Shown here: positions 20,728 to 39,480 of the stretch, piece after piece
Numbering within the stretch: position 1 is the first letter of the stretch
How the letters are laid out: each line of letters begins with the position of its first letter
Assembly (NCBI GenBank): GCA_033442325.1
Contig: JAWQFM010000020.1
Span: 1,127,853 to 1,191,852, forward strand
From: Salpingoeca rosetta
Lineage: Eukaryota; Protista; Choanoflagellata
DNA: 64,000 nt
Direction of reading: 5' to 3'
Notes under the pieces: generated by a model
Told to the model about the DNA's origin: nothing
The model's input: the letters and a program-made list of their open reading frames with translations, nothing else
Database searches by the model: none
Made by a program: the position numbers and the translations under genes

Positions 20728-21768
20728 TTACATGACGGGCATGCTGCCAAGGCCAGCCTGGTTGAGGTTCCTCTCGATGATGATGTCGCTATCGTGGTGG
20801 TGGTGGTGGTGGTGGTGGTGGTGGTGGTGTTGGTGTTTGTGATGATGAGATGAGGTGGAACCATGTTGTGTGAGAAAATATGGGTGAGGCTTGAAGCAAG
20901 GACAAGTCCACAAGAAAGCAACAGTTGGTCGCAGTGACACGGAGAGATGAAGCAGAGCACTTGTCACGTGTGGAGGCGAGCGAGCAATCAACAGGTACAC
21001 GGCGATTGGTACCACCACCAGTGCATGCACGCACGCATTACCTGACAGAGTCGAAGACGTGTCGGATGTTGCTTGTGTCTGTTGCGCAGGTGAAGTGCTC
21101 GTAGATGGTCTTCTTTGGGTTTCTGTTGAGGGCGAGGAACTTGGAGAGAATGAACTTGCGGGCGGCTGCTGCGTCGTTGGGCGGGCCGTCGTACTCGGGG
21201 AAGTACTGCGACAGCGGCGTTCGCGCAATCTTTTGCGAAAACAGATCCTGTCAGCAGCGGTGGCGGTGGTGACGGTGGGGAGTGGAGTGAGAGTGGGGAA
21301 GTGAAGAGGGGATTGGCAGTGGACAAGAGTGAGAAGTCGTCACAGCGGCAGGAGCATGAACAGAGCACATGCGACATGGGAAACATGTCAAACACGAAGG
21401 CGCGCACATGCAGCATGAGGGCACCAGCACGTGCATGATGACGACGGTGCACGCGCGACCAACCGTTTTGTTCAGGAAAAGGATCATGGCTGTGTTGAGG
21501 AAGAACTTGTTGTTGCAGATGGCATCAAACAGCGTCAGGCTCTCGTGGATCCGGTTTGTCTCCTACACACACACATATACACACGTGTTGGGATTGGGTG
21601 AGGCAAGAACAGGCAAGTTGCCACACGAAGAGCAATGTGTACTCGGTCACCGGCGCGGCACACTGATACACTGACACACCGGCACGGCCATGCACACACA
21701 CACTGATACACTGACACACCGGCACGGCCATGCACACACACACTGATACACTGACACACCGGCACGGC

Positions 21769-21805
<37 letters not shown>

Positions 21806-22490
21806 CGACACCACCAGTGCAGTGTGTGGCGCACCTGGTCCTCGTAGAGCTTCATGTCATAACCGCTGAGGGCGGCGACAAAGATGACGGCAGTGACATC
21901 GTCAAAGCACTGGATCCACTTGCGCCGCTCAGACCGCTGCCCGCCAACATCAAACATGCGGTACGTCAGGTCCCGGTGCGTAAACTTGGTCTCGATGATG
22001 CCCGTCGTTCGCACACGCGCACGCAGCACATCCTGGCAAGCAGAACAATACAAGATATTTTTGTTTTGGGGGGGGGGGAGAGGAGGAACAGGGGGCAGGC
22101 AGTTGAGACAAAGCAAAGCCATTGTGCACAGTGTATGACGAACGAACATGCCCATGAAACGAGTGCCTACCCCTTCCTAAGTTTCACACCTCACAAGAAA
22201 GCAGCCGGCACTCGAACAATTCCCACCGCCACCACCATCCCCTCCTCTACTCTTCCGCCGCAACCATCGCCCCCAACACCATCCCACTCGTCCACCACTG
22301 GCGAAACAAGCAGACGCGTGGCGGGCGGCACCTGCTCTGTGGGCATGTAGCTCGGAGAGGAGATGCGGTCGATGCTGTTGAAGAAGTATTCCGCAGAGTC
22401 GTTCAGCTGGTACTCGTTTGATCGCCGGAAGCACTCCTGAACGAAAGAGAGAAAGATAGAGAGAGAGAAAACGAGAGGAAGAGAAGGAAT

Positions 22491-22528
<38 letters not shown>

Positions 22529-23266
22529 AAGAGAGGAGAGAGAGTGTGTGTGCAGCAGCAGGGATGCCGTGGGTGTTGGTGGTGAGTAGGTAAGTAGGCG
22601 GGTGTGTGCATGCATATGTGATATGGGTGTGTGTGTGTGTGATGACGAAACAGGTGGCTGCACGCATCACAGTCGGTGAAAAGAACCCCAACGTTCCACA
22701 CTAACTCGCCCACAATACTGTGTATGCAAACTGGTGGCGCAGTTCCAACCACGCCACTGAAACTGTTGTGCGAAACGACGTGCATATGCCAATATCCCTT
22801 TCCCCTCAGCTCTCCCCCTTCTTCCTCATAACCCCAAACGCGCAGATGAACTCACTTGGACACCGGAGTCGGCCCAGAGGCTCTTGAGCGCCGCTGTGAG
22901 TTCCGGGGTGAGCTGCCCTTGCGAGCCTGACTCGACATATGTGAGGACGGCCTTGGCGTGGACGCGGTTGGCCTGGTCGCCGAGGTCAATGAACAGCGCA
23001 CCCATGGCCTCCAGCACGGCGCGCATGGAGTGCACGAGGTTGTCTGCGATGGTTGGTCTGTAGCTGCGCAGCTCCTCCTGGGTGAAGCCGTCACCATGAA
23101 TGATCTTCATCTGCTTCACCAGCGTGCTCTTCCCAGATTCACCGGCACCAAGCAGCAACAACTTGATGGTTTTGCTGGCGGCGGCTCTGTCTTGGTCGAG
23201 CTGTCTGTCAAGCGCTGCGCTACGTGCCGCAGCAGCTTTCTGTTCCGCACTCATACAAATGCCCAT
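20728..23266 (-). CDS. Heterotrimeric G-protein alpha subunit, Gv-like (Gi/o-related); 6 coding exons
   Basis: MGICMS myristoylation/palmitoylation start, [37 protein letters not shown] and HFTCATDT. The helical domain [19 protein letters not shown]...NRVHAKAVL and ALSGYDM resemble Gv. Confidence 0.95.
21661..21780. repeat. Three tandem copies of a 40-bp minisatellite (CACTGATACACTGACACACCGGCACGGCCATGCACACACA) in a G-alpha intron
   Basis: Directly visible, near-identical units. Confidence 0.9.
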
Positions 23267-24199
23267 CTGCAGTCAACCAGCAGCAGCAGCAACAACAGCA
23301 GCAACGACAACAGCAACGACAGCAAATAGCAGCAGCAGACGGCAGCGGAGAAGGGTGTGGGTGAGGTTGAAATGAAGACGCCACACCCATTGCAGCAGCG
23401 CATGCAAGGCGGCAGTCGTACAGGACGCAGACTGTTGTTGGCATGTGTGCCCGTGCACAACATCACGCTGCTTCAACCATGTAAATCGCTTGCTTCGCCC
23501 TCCTCCTCTTCTTCATCGTCATGCTCCTCGTCCTCCTCGTCATCATTCGCAGCAGGCACCCCCCATACGACGAGCAGCTGCGGTTGCACCAGCCTCAACA
23601 CACACACACACACACACGTACACACACACACGCACACTGGGTCTCTCTGTCTCTCGTATCCTCTTGGTCACGCTCTTGGACTGCAGTCAAAGGGACAGCT
23701 GCAGACGTACCTTTGTGGGTTGTGTTGAGTAGGGTGTATGCTGTGGTTGTGTATGTGATTGGAAGTCCTTGTTGTTGATGCAGAGGTGTGTCAGTCTGTG
23801 CGTATGTGCAGCTCTCGTGAGGAAGCGCACAGCCGGTGAGGACACGGCAGCGGCAGCAGCAGCAGTACTGGGTGACGCCGACGAAGGTCACACGGCGAGG
23901 GAGGGATTGAGTGAGCAGCAGGTCAGCGACCAAGTCAAGCGACCAAGTCAAAGCGACGGCAGCGACGGCAGCAGCGACGGAGGCCACGAAGCACAAGCAG
24001 CGTGGGCGGGTGGTGGTGGCGTGTGAGCGAGGTGAAGCAACCAGCACACAACGACGACGACGAACGACGAACGACGAACGACGGTGATAAGAATTTGAAT
24101 TTTTCATGCATTGGTGGAATCTCCACCTGAAATTAGGGACCATTGTACCTCATATACACTTTGTGTTGTCGGGACCGATAAGGACAGCGGACCTCCACG

Positions 24200-27483
<3,284 letters not shown>

Positions 27484-27865
27484 CGATGGTGCGGGAGTGG
27501 CGGCGGTGATAAATGTTGCTATTGTTGCTATTGTTGCTGCTGTTACTGCTGTTATTACTACTACTACTGCTGTTTTGTTGCAAGGGTGGCAGTGGTGATG
27601 CATTGTTGTGGTACGCAGCGTTGTGGCTGATGAGGACGGATCAGATGTTTAAGTTAGCAGTTGTCGTGTGTTTCCAAGCGTCGTCATCGTCATCATGATG
27701 GTGTTGTTGGGAGGACTTGAAGTTGACGTGCTGGGCTGAGGCCGAAATAAACAAGCTTGCTGCACTTGTCCAACTCGTCCACACGATTACCACCACAGCA
27801 CATGAACCTCACCGTCACCACCATTCCACGTCACATGAACTTCACCGTCACCGCACCATTCCACG

Positions 27866-28360
27866 TCACTGTCTTCCGCCACCTCTTCCTCGCATCCCGC
27901 TGCTCAGTCGTCCACCACCACGACCACCACGACCACCACGACCACCACGACCACGACTGCCTTTCCCTCTGCCCTTCATACCCCCACCTCTCCCCTTACC
28001 TCTCACCCCACCTCTCCCCCTCCCACCACCGCCACCACCGCCGTGTGCTTGCTGCTGCTCGTCCTCCACCTGCTGCTTCTCGTCGTGTCGGCGCTGCATC
28101 GCCCGCCGCTGCTTCGGCCGCTTCCGGTGCCGCGTCGCGTCGTGCGAATCCTTGAACCTGTCGGAGGGGGCGACGATGGTGGCGATGGTGACGATGGTGG
28201 CGATGATGGTGTGAGGATGGATGTGCAGTGGTGGCGTGTAGGTGAGCGCATGCAGGATTAGCTCAAACAGTCGTCATTGGTGGGAGAACGACTGCAAGTA
28301 CATCAGCAACGCAGAGATAGTTATAGAGAGACAGAGAGACAGAGAGACAGGCAGGCAGAC

Positions 28361-28433
<73 letters not shown>

Positions 28434-29714
28434 TACAGATACACACACACACACACCGATGCATTGTGCGTACTTTTGCGGGAGGTTGCGGGACTGGGCG
28501 CGCATGACGCAGCCCTGGGACAGGCGGTGTCCCTCCGCGCACCACCAGCGGCGCAGCTTCGGGAACATATGCGCCGGCACGTAGCAGTACCACAGCGACA
28601 CAAATGGCGACGTGATTAGCTCCTGCTGCCGCACATTCCGCATCCCTTGCGGTGTCTCAAACCGATACCTTGTGGAGGGGACACAGCGTTTACGTGTGTG
28701 CGTGCGTGCATGCGAATATTAAGGTGAGAGGCACCCGGGCAGTGATACCACGACCAGCCGCACAGCAGAGCACATCGCTGTGCACATCACATCACCCACG
28801 TAACTTGCACGCATCACATCACATCATCACATCACCGCGACCGACCTGTGGGATGGCGTGATGAAGAAGCAGCCCTCGCCCAGCCGCTCACGTGCGGCTT
28901 GGTAGTACGGCTTGGTGTACACGTACACAGGCTGCAGGATGAAGAACGGCTTGCCCATGTCGGCGAGGAACTGCATCAGCCTCTTGATGTGGTTGTATGG
29001 CTCCGTCGAGTACGGCGGGTTTGTGATCAAGATGTCATACCTGAATGAGCAAGGAGGGGGGGGGGGGAAGGAGAAAGGGAACACAGCCAGAACAGGTTGT
29101 GTTGGGGTGGTTGAGAGAGACTCAAAGTTGTGCGCTGTAGGTTTGGGCTATGTGCGATGGCTGCGTACACGAGCGCGCTTGCAAGAGGAGGTACAAGCAG
29201 CGTTCAGGACGCAAGTGGTGAGAGAGTGTGTGCAGCAGATTGCGCCTTGCACGTACTCTGGGATATTGTTGGTGCGGATGTCTTCGTAGAAGTCGGAGTT
29301 GCGGTTGATGATGTTGGGGAAGCCGCAGCTGGCCAGCCTCTGCTTCATTGCGCCCGCACAAAAGTATGGGCTACCAACGAGGTGGTGCATTGTGTGTTGA
29401 GTGTGTGTGCGTTGAGTGTGTGTGTGTGTTGAGTGAAGCGGGGATGATGAACAGTGGCATTAGTTGAGCGCAACAAGGCACTAAGCACAATAAAGGCAAA
29501 CACAGACACACACACAGACACACACACAGACAGACACACACAGACAGACACACACACAGACACACACACAGACACACGCACAGACACATGAGGCGTACTC
29601 GTAGATGGTGACGGAATCGTCAGTCTTGCCACACATCTCTGCAATCGCAGACACGACGGGAGCAATGTCTGCGTACGCCTCCCGTGGCGTCTCGCAGTGA
29701 TCCGATGCTGGCAT
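27866..29714 (-). CDS. Putative N6-adenine (amino) methyltransferase with NPPY motif and C-terminal RGG tail; 5 exons (29714-29599, 29370-29257, 29040-28846, 28668-28474, 28157-27866)
   Basis: Spliced in frame: DHCETPREAY..VTIYD/PYFCAG..NRNSDFY..E/YDILITNPPYS..GKPFFILQP..FFITPSHR/YRF..TSPFVSLWY../KFKD..RKRPKQRR..RGRGGRGGRGGRGG. All four introns are GT-AG and phase 2. Confidence 0.8.
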
Positions 29715-30122
29715 CGCCAAGGCTCTCACCAACAGCAAGCGCAACACCAACAGCACCAACACGTGCACACTGCTTGCTGCTTGTTTGCTGCTGTATTGTG
29801 TTGCCTTGTTGCTTGCTTCTTTCCAGCTTGGATTTATTTTTGGTGGATACAAGGGCGACTGACTGGTGGTGCTGTGGATGTGGTGCTGTTGGTGGTGCGA
29901 ACACGAGAGAGACAGACGCAGGAAGGACAACAAGCAAAGGCGACACACGCACACACACGAGCAGAAGGAAGAAGCAGCAGCAGGCAACGCACAGCGCGTG
30001 TTGGAGGAGGAAGACAGGTTCACAGGGTCAACACAAGGAGAAAAGGCGCCAAGCCACACACCACGCTCATTAACCAACGTGCAGCACACTGAAACACGCA
30101 ACGACATCACCAACAAACGGTC

Positions 30123-30396
30123 ATGGATCGCCTTGCAGACCTGCGAGAGGTGCGTTGAATACGTGTCCACGTACATGGGTGTCGGCATCTTGACGCATGC
30201 GTTCTGGCGCTTGTGGCGCACTGAGCCATACACTGCGCAGGCTGCAAGGTGAAGCCTTGGCTGCTTCGTGTGCTCATGCATATCTTCACGCCTCCCCGCT
30301 ACAAATACAGTTGGCTGGAACAGTGGCAGACGACGAGGAGCCCGAAGAGCAGAACAAGGATGAGGTTGGTGCAGTGTGTTCGTGTGTTTGCATGTA

Positions 30397-30445
<49 letters not shown>

Positions 30446-30703
30446 GTGTGTGTGTGTGTTGTCTCGATAATCATGCGTGCACGCGCATATGTGTTTGGAA
30501 TGAGCACAGCACAACGTGGTCTGCCTGTTGCCGTTGCATGTGCACACACTGACGGCGGTGCTGCGCGCCATGTTGTGGTGGGGAGCAGGTGACGGTGCAG
30601 GTGGACGGCGACAAGCAGGCTGATGAGGAGCCATCGCCCTTCATGTCAGACTTCTTCGATCTGGTGCGCGCATCAAGCATGCCCACTTGCTAACATTGCC
30701 ATG

Positions 30704-30802
<99 letters not shown>

Positions 30803-31942
30803 AGGCGCAATGACTTCTACCCTTGCCTTGGATCGATCGCGGTGGCAGTCTGTTTGAACGCTCACACCCTCGTCCGTGGTGGCGTCTGGCGGCGCTTTCG
30901 GTTGCCACAGGTCAAACGCATCATCGAGGACATCAGCACCATCAACCAGCAAATTGACATGTGCGTGCTGTGCTGCCTGTCAATGTTGTGGATGACGCGC
31001 GTGTTGTTTGCGTGTGCATGATGCGAGGATTGTTTGTGGATGTGGATGTGTGTGCATGGTACACGTGTTGTGTGTACTTGTGTATGCGTGTCGTTTATGT
31101 GATTGTGTGCACTCGGTGCGCTTGTCTGGTTAGCATCACCTCACCTGCTCCTGTATCTGCACGTGGCCGGTGATGGCGCAGCCTGGCGGTCAAGCACGAG
31201 CAAGTCATCGCCGAGGCCAACTCAAACAAAGCAAACGGTAATCGTGGTGGGCCTGCTGTGCCCGCGTGCTGGCCGTGTGCTCATGTTGCGTGTGCGTGGT
31301 GATGTCAGTGCGGCGGTGTGTTGTAGCGCTTACGTTTGGTGTCGTCACGTCACAACCCCGATGCGTCACGTGGTGTGGGTTGACAGAGATCAACAAACAA
31401 CTACATGAGCACATGGACAACATCAGCGCCATCGCAAACAGAATACGCCGAGACCTCAAAGGTGTGTGTGTGTGCGTGCGTGCGTGTGAGCATATGCACT
31501 TGTGTGCGTGTGCGTGTGCGTGTGCGTGCGTGTGTGTGCGTGTGCGCGCGCGTGTGTGTGCGTGTGTACATGTGTGTGCGTGTGTGTGTCTTCGCGTTGA
31601 TTGCCTCGTCTCACATCACCTCTGTGTCCACCACCACCACCACCACCACCACCACCATCAGCGATTGAGCAAGAGAACAAGCGTCTCGGGAACCAGAAAA
31701 CAAATGTGTTTGAAGACGGCACCGTCTCCACAGAGCTCCGTATCCGCCAGTCCCAGCACTCCACGCTCAGCCGCAAGTTTGTCGAGGTCAGCACATGGTG
31801 TGATTGGTGTTGTTGGTGTTGATTGGTGCAATGGTGCGACTGTGCTGATTGGTGGGCCTTGCGATGTGATTGACGTGATTGCTGTGATCGCTGTGACTTT
31901 GAGAGGGGTGTCCTTACACCACGCTTTTCGTGTTTGTGTGTG

Positions 31943-32037
<95 letters not shown>

Positions 32038-32364
32038 GTTTGTGTGCGTGTGTTTGTGTGCGTGTGTTTGTGTGCGTGTGTACAGGTGATGACGCGCTAT
32101 AACGATGTGCAAGCGCAGAACAAGCAGAAGTACTCGGAGGCCGTTCGGCGCCTCTGCTACGTCTGTAAGTACACCATTCCATCGCCACACGTGGTGTTGG
32201 AACATGTTCCATGTACGTGTGCGTGCGTGTGTGTTTGTATGATTCAAACAGTCGCAGCCCCTCTCACATCACCACCATGACGGCCAGGCGATCCGACGAT
32301 GAGCGAGGAGTCTGTTCAGGTCGTGCTGGAGCACGGCACCGCAGGCGTCTTCTCCGGCCTCAGG
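30123..32364 (+). CDS. Syntaxin-1-like Qa-SNARE, N-peptide + Habc + linker only; SNARE motif and TM exons not found (partial)
   Basis: [10 protein letters not shown]-peptide; [12 protein letters not shown]; [16 protein letters not shown]; [27 protein letters not shown], which matches syntaxin-1 [24 protein letters not shown]. Last recognisable exon is 32288-32364. Confidence 0.85.
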
Positions 32365-32571
32365 GTACGGCAAAAGGGGGCGAGGGGGGAGCGATGATAG
32401 TGATGCCAATGATAGACGGATGGATGGATGGATGGATGGATTCCTGGAGAGGGCGCTCAACCTTTAAATCCGCACACAAACACATACACACACGTGCAGT
32501 CACGTCAAATTCACCATCACAATCCCACGCGCGCTTGCGACATGGCCACATGCGTGTGTGTGTGTGTGTGC

Positions 32572-32650
<79 letters not shown>

Positions 32651-32670
32651 TGTGTGTGTGTGTGTGTGTT

Positions 32671-33092
32671 CCCTTTCTTCAACTGAGCCTCCTTCAGTTT
32701 CCTGTGGCACAATAACAGAGGCACAACCGCTAAAGTGAAAACCGCGCTGCACCAACGATGTGGGCACCAAAGTAGCACCACCATGACACGCACGCACATA
32801 CACACACACGCACACACACACGCACACACGCACATACACACACACGCACACACATACAAGTTCTAATGTCTTACTTGTTCTTGCCTGCTGCCCTTGCCTT
32901 CTTGTATGCCTCATTGCCGTGCGTCTTGTGATGGTCCGCACGCTCTGGTGGTGACGGGAGAAGACACGCGCGCACACATACACAGCGGTGGTGTTTTCAT
33001 GTGAGGAACGCTGTCGATTTCACAATGACTCACATCAACACCAATGTGTGTGGTGGTGTTCAAGGAGATTCCGAGCACCCGATCCAATGTGC

Positions 33093-33163
<71 letters not shown>

Positions 33164-33904
33164 GCAACACACAAAACATCCCCACCAATGGGCGTCAGTT
33201 CTGCAAACATCTCTTGCAGGGCAGAGAGATGGGGGTTGTTCACATATTCTTCCTTGGTTGGCTCGTGCGTCATGAACAGCGGGTGCTTCTCCATTTCCTG
33301 TTGTGATTGAGAGTGAGAATGCAGGGTCATTGGGAGAGGGGAAGAAAAGGTGGATGAGCAAGGTGGAGATCACAAATGGGGTTCGTTGTGTACAACTCAC
33401 GCACATGCTACGTGCACAACAACAACAACTTAAACAACAACGCATACAATGTGCGGACACACGTGGCACCTTGTTTTGGTAACAGCGAACCTTAGCATTT
33501 GGATCAGCCTTTACACACACACACACACATACACACACATATGAACACACATACACACACACGCATGCACACACACATGCACACACATGCACACACGCAT
33601 GCACACACATGCACATACACATGCACACACGCATGCACACACACACATGAGTACGTCGTACCTCCTCAAAGTTTTCCTCCGTCCAGTGGCCTGGCCGCCG
33701 TTGTATTCTGCCTTCCTTGTATGCCTTGAAGAACTCATCGTCGTCCAGCATGGCAGCCTCCTCCGTTGTCAGCACGCGCACCTGCTTCTTCTCCCCATCG
33801 CTGCCATCGCCGCCTTCCTTCCCCTGCGTCGCTGCCTGCGCAGCAACCACGTGCTGCTCCTTCCCTTCTTCGTCGCCTCGCGGCTGTTCTTTGGGCGCAC
33901 TCAT
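32671..33904 (-). CDS. TTC4: TTC4/CNS1-like TPR co-chaperone, N-terminal part only (partial)
   Basis: [51 protein letters not shown] matches TTC4 (EFEKVPLFM..NPDLACLQ..PEEQAKTYKDEGNDYFK). The coding sequence runs into (CA)n at about 32670. Confidence 0.75.
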
Positions 33905-34034
33905 ATTCGCTATTCTTTGTACTGTCGTAAAGCGTAAATACATGCATACTGAATTCAGTTTTTCGCCAGTGCAAGCAAAGACAAGCAGAACGAGCGAGCT
34001 GAGCGAGAAGCACCGTCACCACCTCCAGCCAACC

Positions 34035-36919
<2,885 letters not shown>

Positions 36920-37413
36920 CACACACACACACACAGAGCGCGCATACGCAATTCCTCCACCGTCTTCTTCTTCCACGTGCGTTTGGCTCATCCCTACACT
37001 GCTTCTGCTTTGATGTTTTGTTTCTTTGCATCAGTAAACCATTACCCGTACAGACATGTGATGTGATTGCTCTTCATTTATTTGAAAGAAAAACGCAGAA
37101 CTCAATTGGGGGAACGATGTGCGTTGATGCCCAGCAACAACAGCATCATCAGCAAAGTCAAACACAAGTAGGCAGCTTGAACCAACAACAGGCCAAACCA
37201 AACAACACCCCTCACTCACGCTTCTGCAAAGCAGCCATTGTCTATCCCTCACTCAACACACCACCGGCACAGTGAAATAACACTGTCGCACGTCTGCAAC
37301 AACCGAATCAGCGCCTTCCACACCTCAATCGAAACACACAACAGAACCAATCCATGTTGTGAGCCACCATTTGCACCACCACCACCACCACCACCACCAC
37401 CTCCGCACATCCT

Positions 37414-38505
37414 CTACACCTCGTGCTCCTCCTCCAGTGTGTATGCGGCAAACGCCGGATTTGTCGCCTGCATCTGCAGCTGTGCGCGCCGTCGCCTCCG
37501 CGCAACCGTCGTCGCAGCGGCAGCAGCGCCGGATACAGACATGTCCGTCTCCCGGCGGTCGCGCGCGTATGTGTGCAGCCGCGGCCGCAATCTCGCCGTC
37601 TCGGCCTCCAGCTGGCCACGTGCAGACTCGATTTTGTCCAGCAGTTCGCGTGTTGTTGTCTCCATGCGCATCATCTCTGGGGACCACTGCCGCCGCTCCA
37701 CCTGCGACCGCTCCTCCGCTGCCCACATCAGATCTCCAATCCACTCACCGAGCACCCGCACCAGGTCCATGCGGCCCCGCGCGTGCCGTTTCCCGTCCTC
37801 CCCCGCGTCCTCAATCGTCCCGCCAGCAACAGACACCCACCCGTCGCGCGTTGTCGACAGCTTCCCCACTGCCGGCGCCACGGGGGTGTCCTGTCCAAAC
37901 GCGTGCAGCAGCGCGCTTGCTCCGCGTTCGCTTGCGCGCCAGTACCGCTGCAGGTTGAGGCCTTCCTCTTCCTCGCCCTCGTCCTCCCTGCCCGCGCCCC
38001 ACGCCCGCGTCTCAAGGAACTCCACGCAGCTGCGCATGTGCTCCTCCGTGATGCCGGCCGGGTCCGCCGGCAGAAACAGCCCGTGGAACTGGAAGATGCT
38101 CGCCAGGGTGTCGCGCGCGCGCACGCCGGACGCAATGTGATTGCCGTCAGGGTACAGCTCCAGGTTGAAGTCGCAGAACCGCTTGATCGCGCTGTCGCCC
38201 TCTGGCACGGCGGTGGTCGTGTTGTTTGCACTTACCGCACTCAACCCACCCTTCTTGGTGACACCGTTGCCAGTCTCCTTTCTGGAGGAGCCATTCTTCG
38301 CTGTGCCTTGGCAGCTGCTGCCTCTGGCATCGCCGCCACTCGCGACCACGTCTTCAACAGCATTGGCGTCGTGTCGCTGTAGGCGTGCACGGCGGTGCTC
38401 GCAACCAGATGATGACACCGAGGAAGGCGCTTCCGATGATGGCGATGGTGACGATGATGTTGGTGATGGAGAGGCCGATGCCTTGGCTCCAGGGCCATCA
38501 TGGCG

Positions 38506-38551
<46 letters not shown>

Positions 38552-39388
38552 GCATCGTCGGCGCTGTCGTCGCTGTCGTCACTGCTCTGACTGTTCTCAT
38601 CCTCGCTGTCATCGCTGACGATGGTGGTCGTGGTGGCGGTAGTTGGTGTTCGCCCCAGCACTGGTTTGCCCAGCACCCTCACATCGCTCTCTCCACCCTC
38701 GAGTGTCTTCGTCTCCATGATGCCAGTGCCGGTGTCGTCACAGGGCACATCACCTCCCCCGCTGGAGACGAGCAGCGGCAGGACTGCAATGCGCCGCGAC
38801 CGCTGCTGCTGCAGTGCCAGCTCCATCTCCGTCAGGAAGTTGTCGGGCGTGTGCTTGAATGTCCCCTCCCGCACCTCTGCCAGGGATTCGTGCGACAGCA
38901 GCGGGAGGTACGCGCAGGAGCGCATGAGCCCTTTCCTGAACCGCTGCCGCCAGTCGTCGCCCTCGCGAATGTCCTGTCGGTCCAGGAAGCACACGACGCG
39001 GTGGCCCGTGGTGAGGAACAGCCGCTGCAGCCGCGAGCACAGCTCCTGCGCCAGCTCGTCGTGCACATCGCGCCGGTAGCTGATGAAGAAGTGGAACGTC
39101 TTTCGCTTTGCGTAGCGCTTGCGGTACACGTGGTACAGCCAGGCGAGGGCACCCACGAGCAGCAGCACGAGCAGCACCACCAGCACCGCCGCCGTCTGGC
39201 CGGGGGTGAGGGTCCTGCTTGCCGAGTCAGCGCTTGAGCGCGTGGTGCACGCCAGGCGGCCCGTGGAGAGGCGGTGCAACACAGGGTACGGGGAGACCGG
39301 GTCACACGACAGGCAGTCTGTGGCGTTGCACGTGAGGCAGTTGCTGCCAGCCGGGCACTGATCGCATCGCCCTCCAGTTGTCAGCACA

Positions 39389-39480
<92 letters not shown>

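Noticed and set aside
23769-24026. 85-aa ORF between G-alpha and the CoA-transferase
   Set aside because: No recognisable domain; more likely the G-alpha 5' UTR or promoter.
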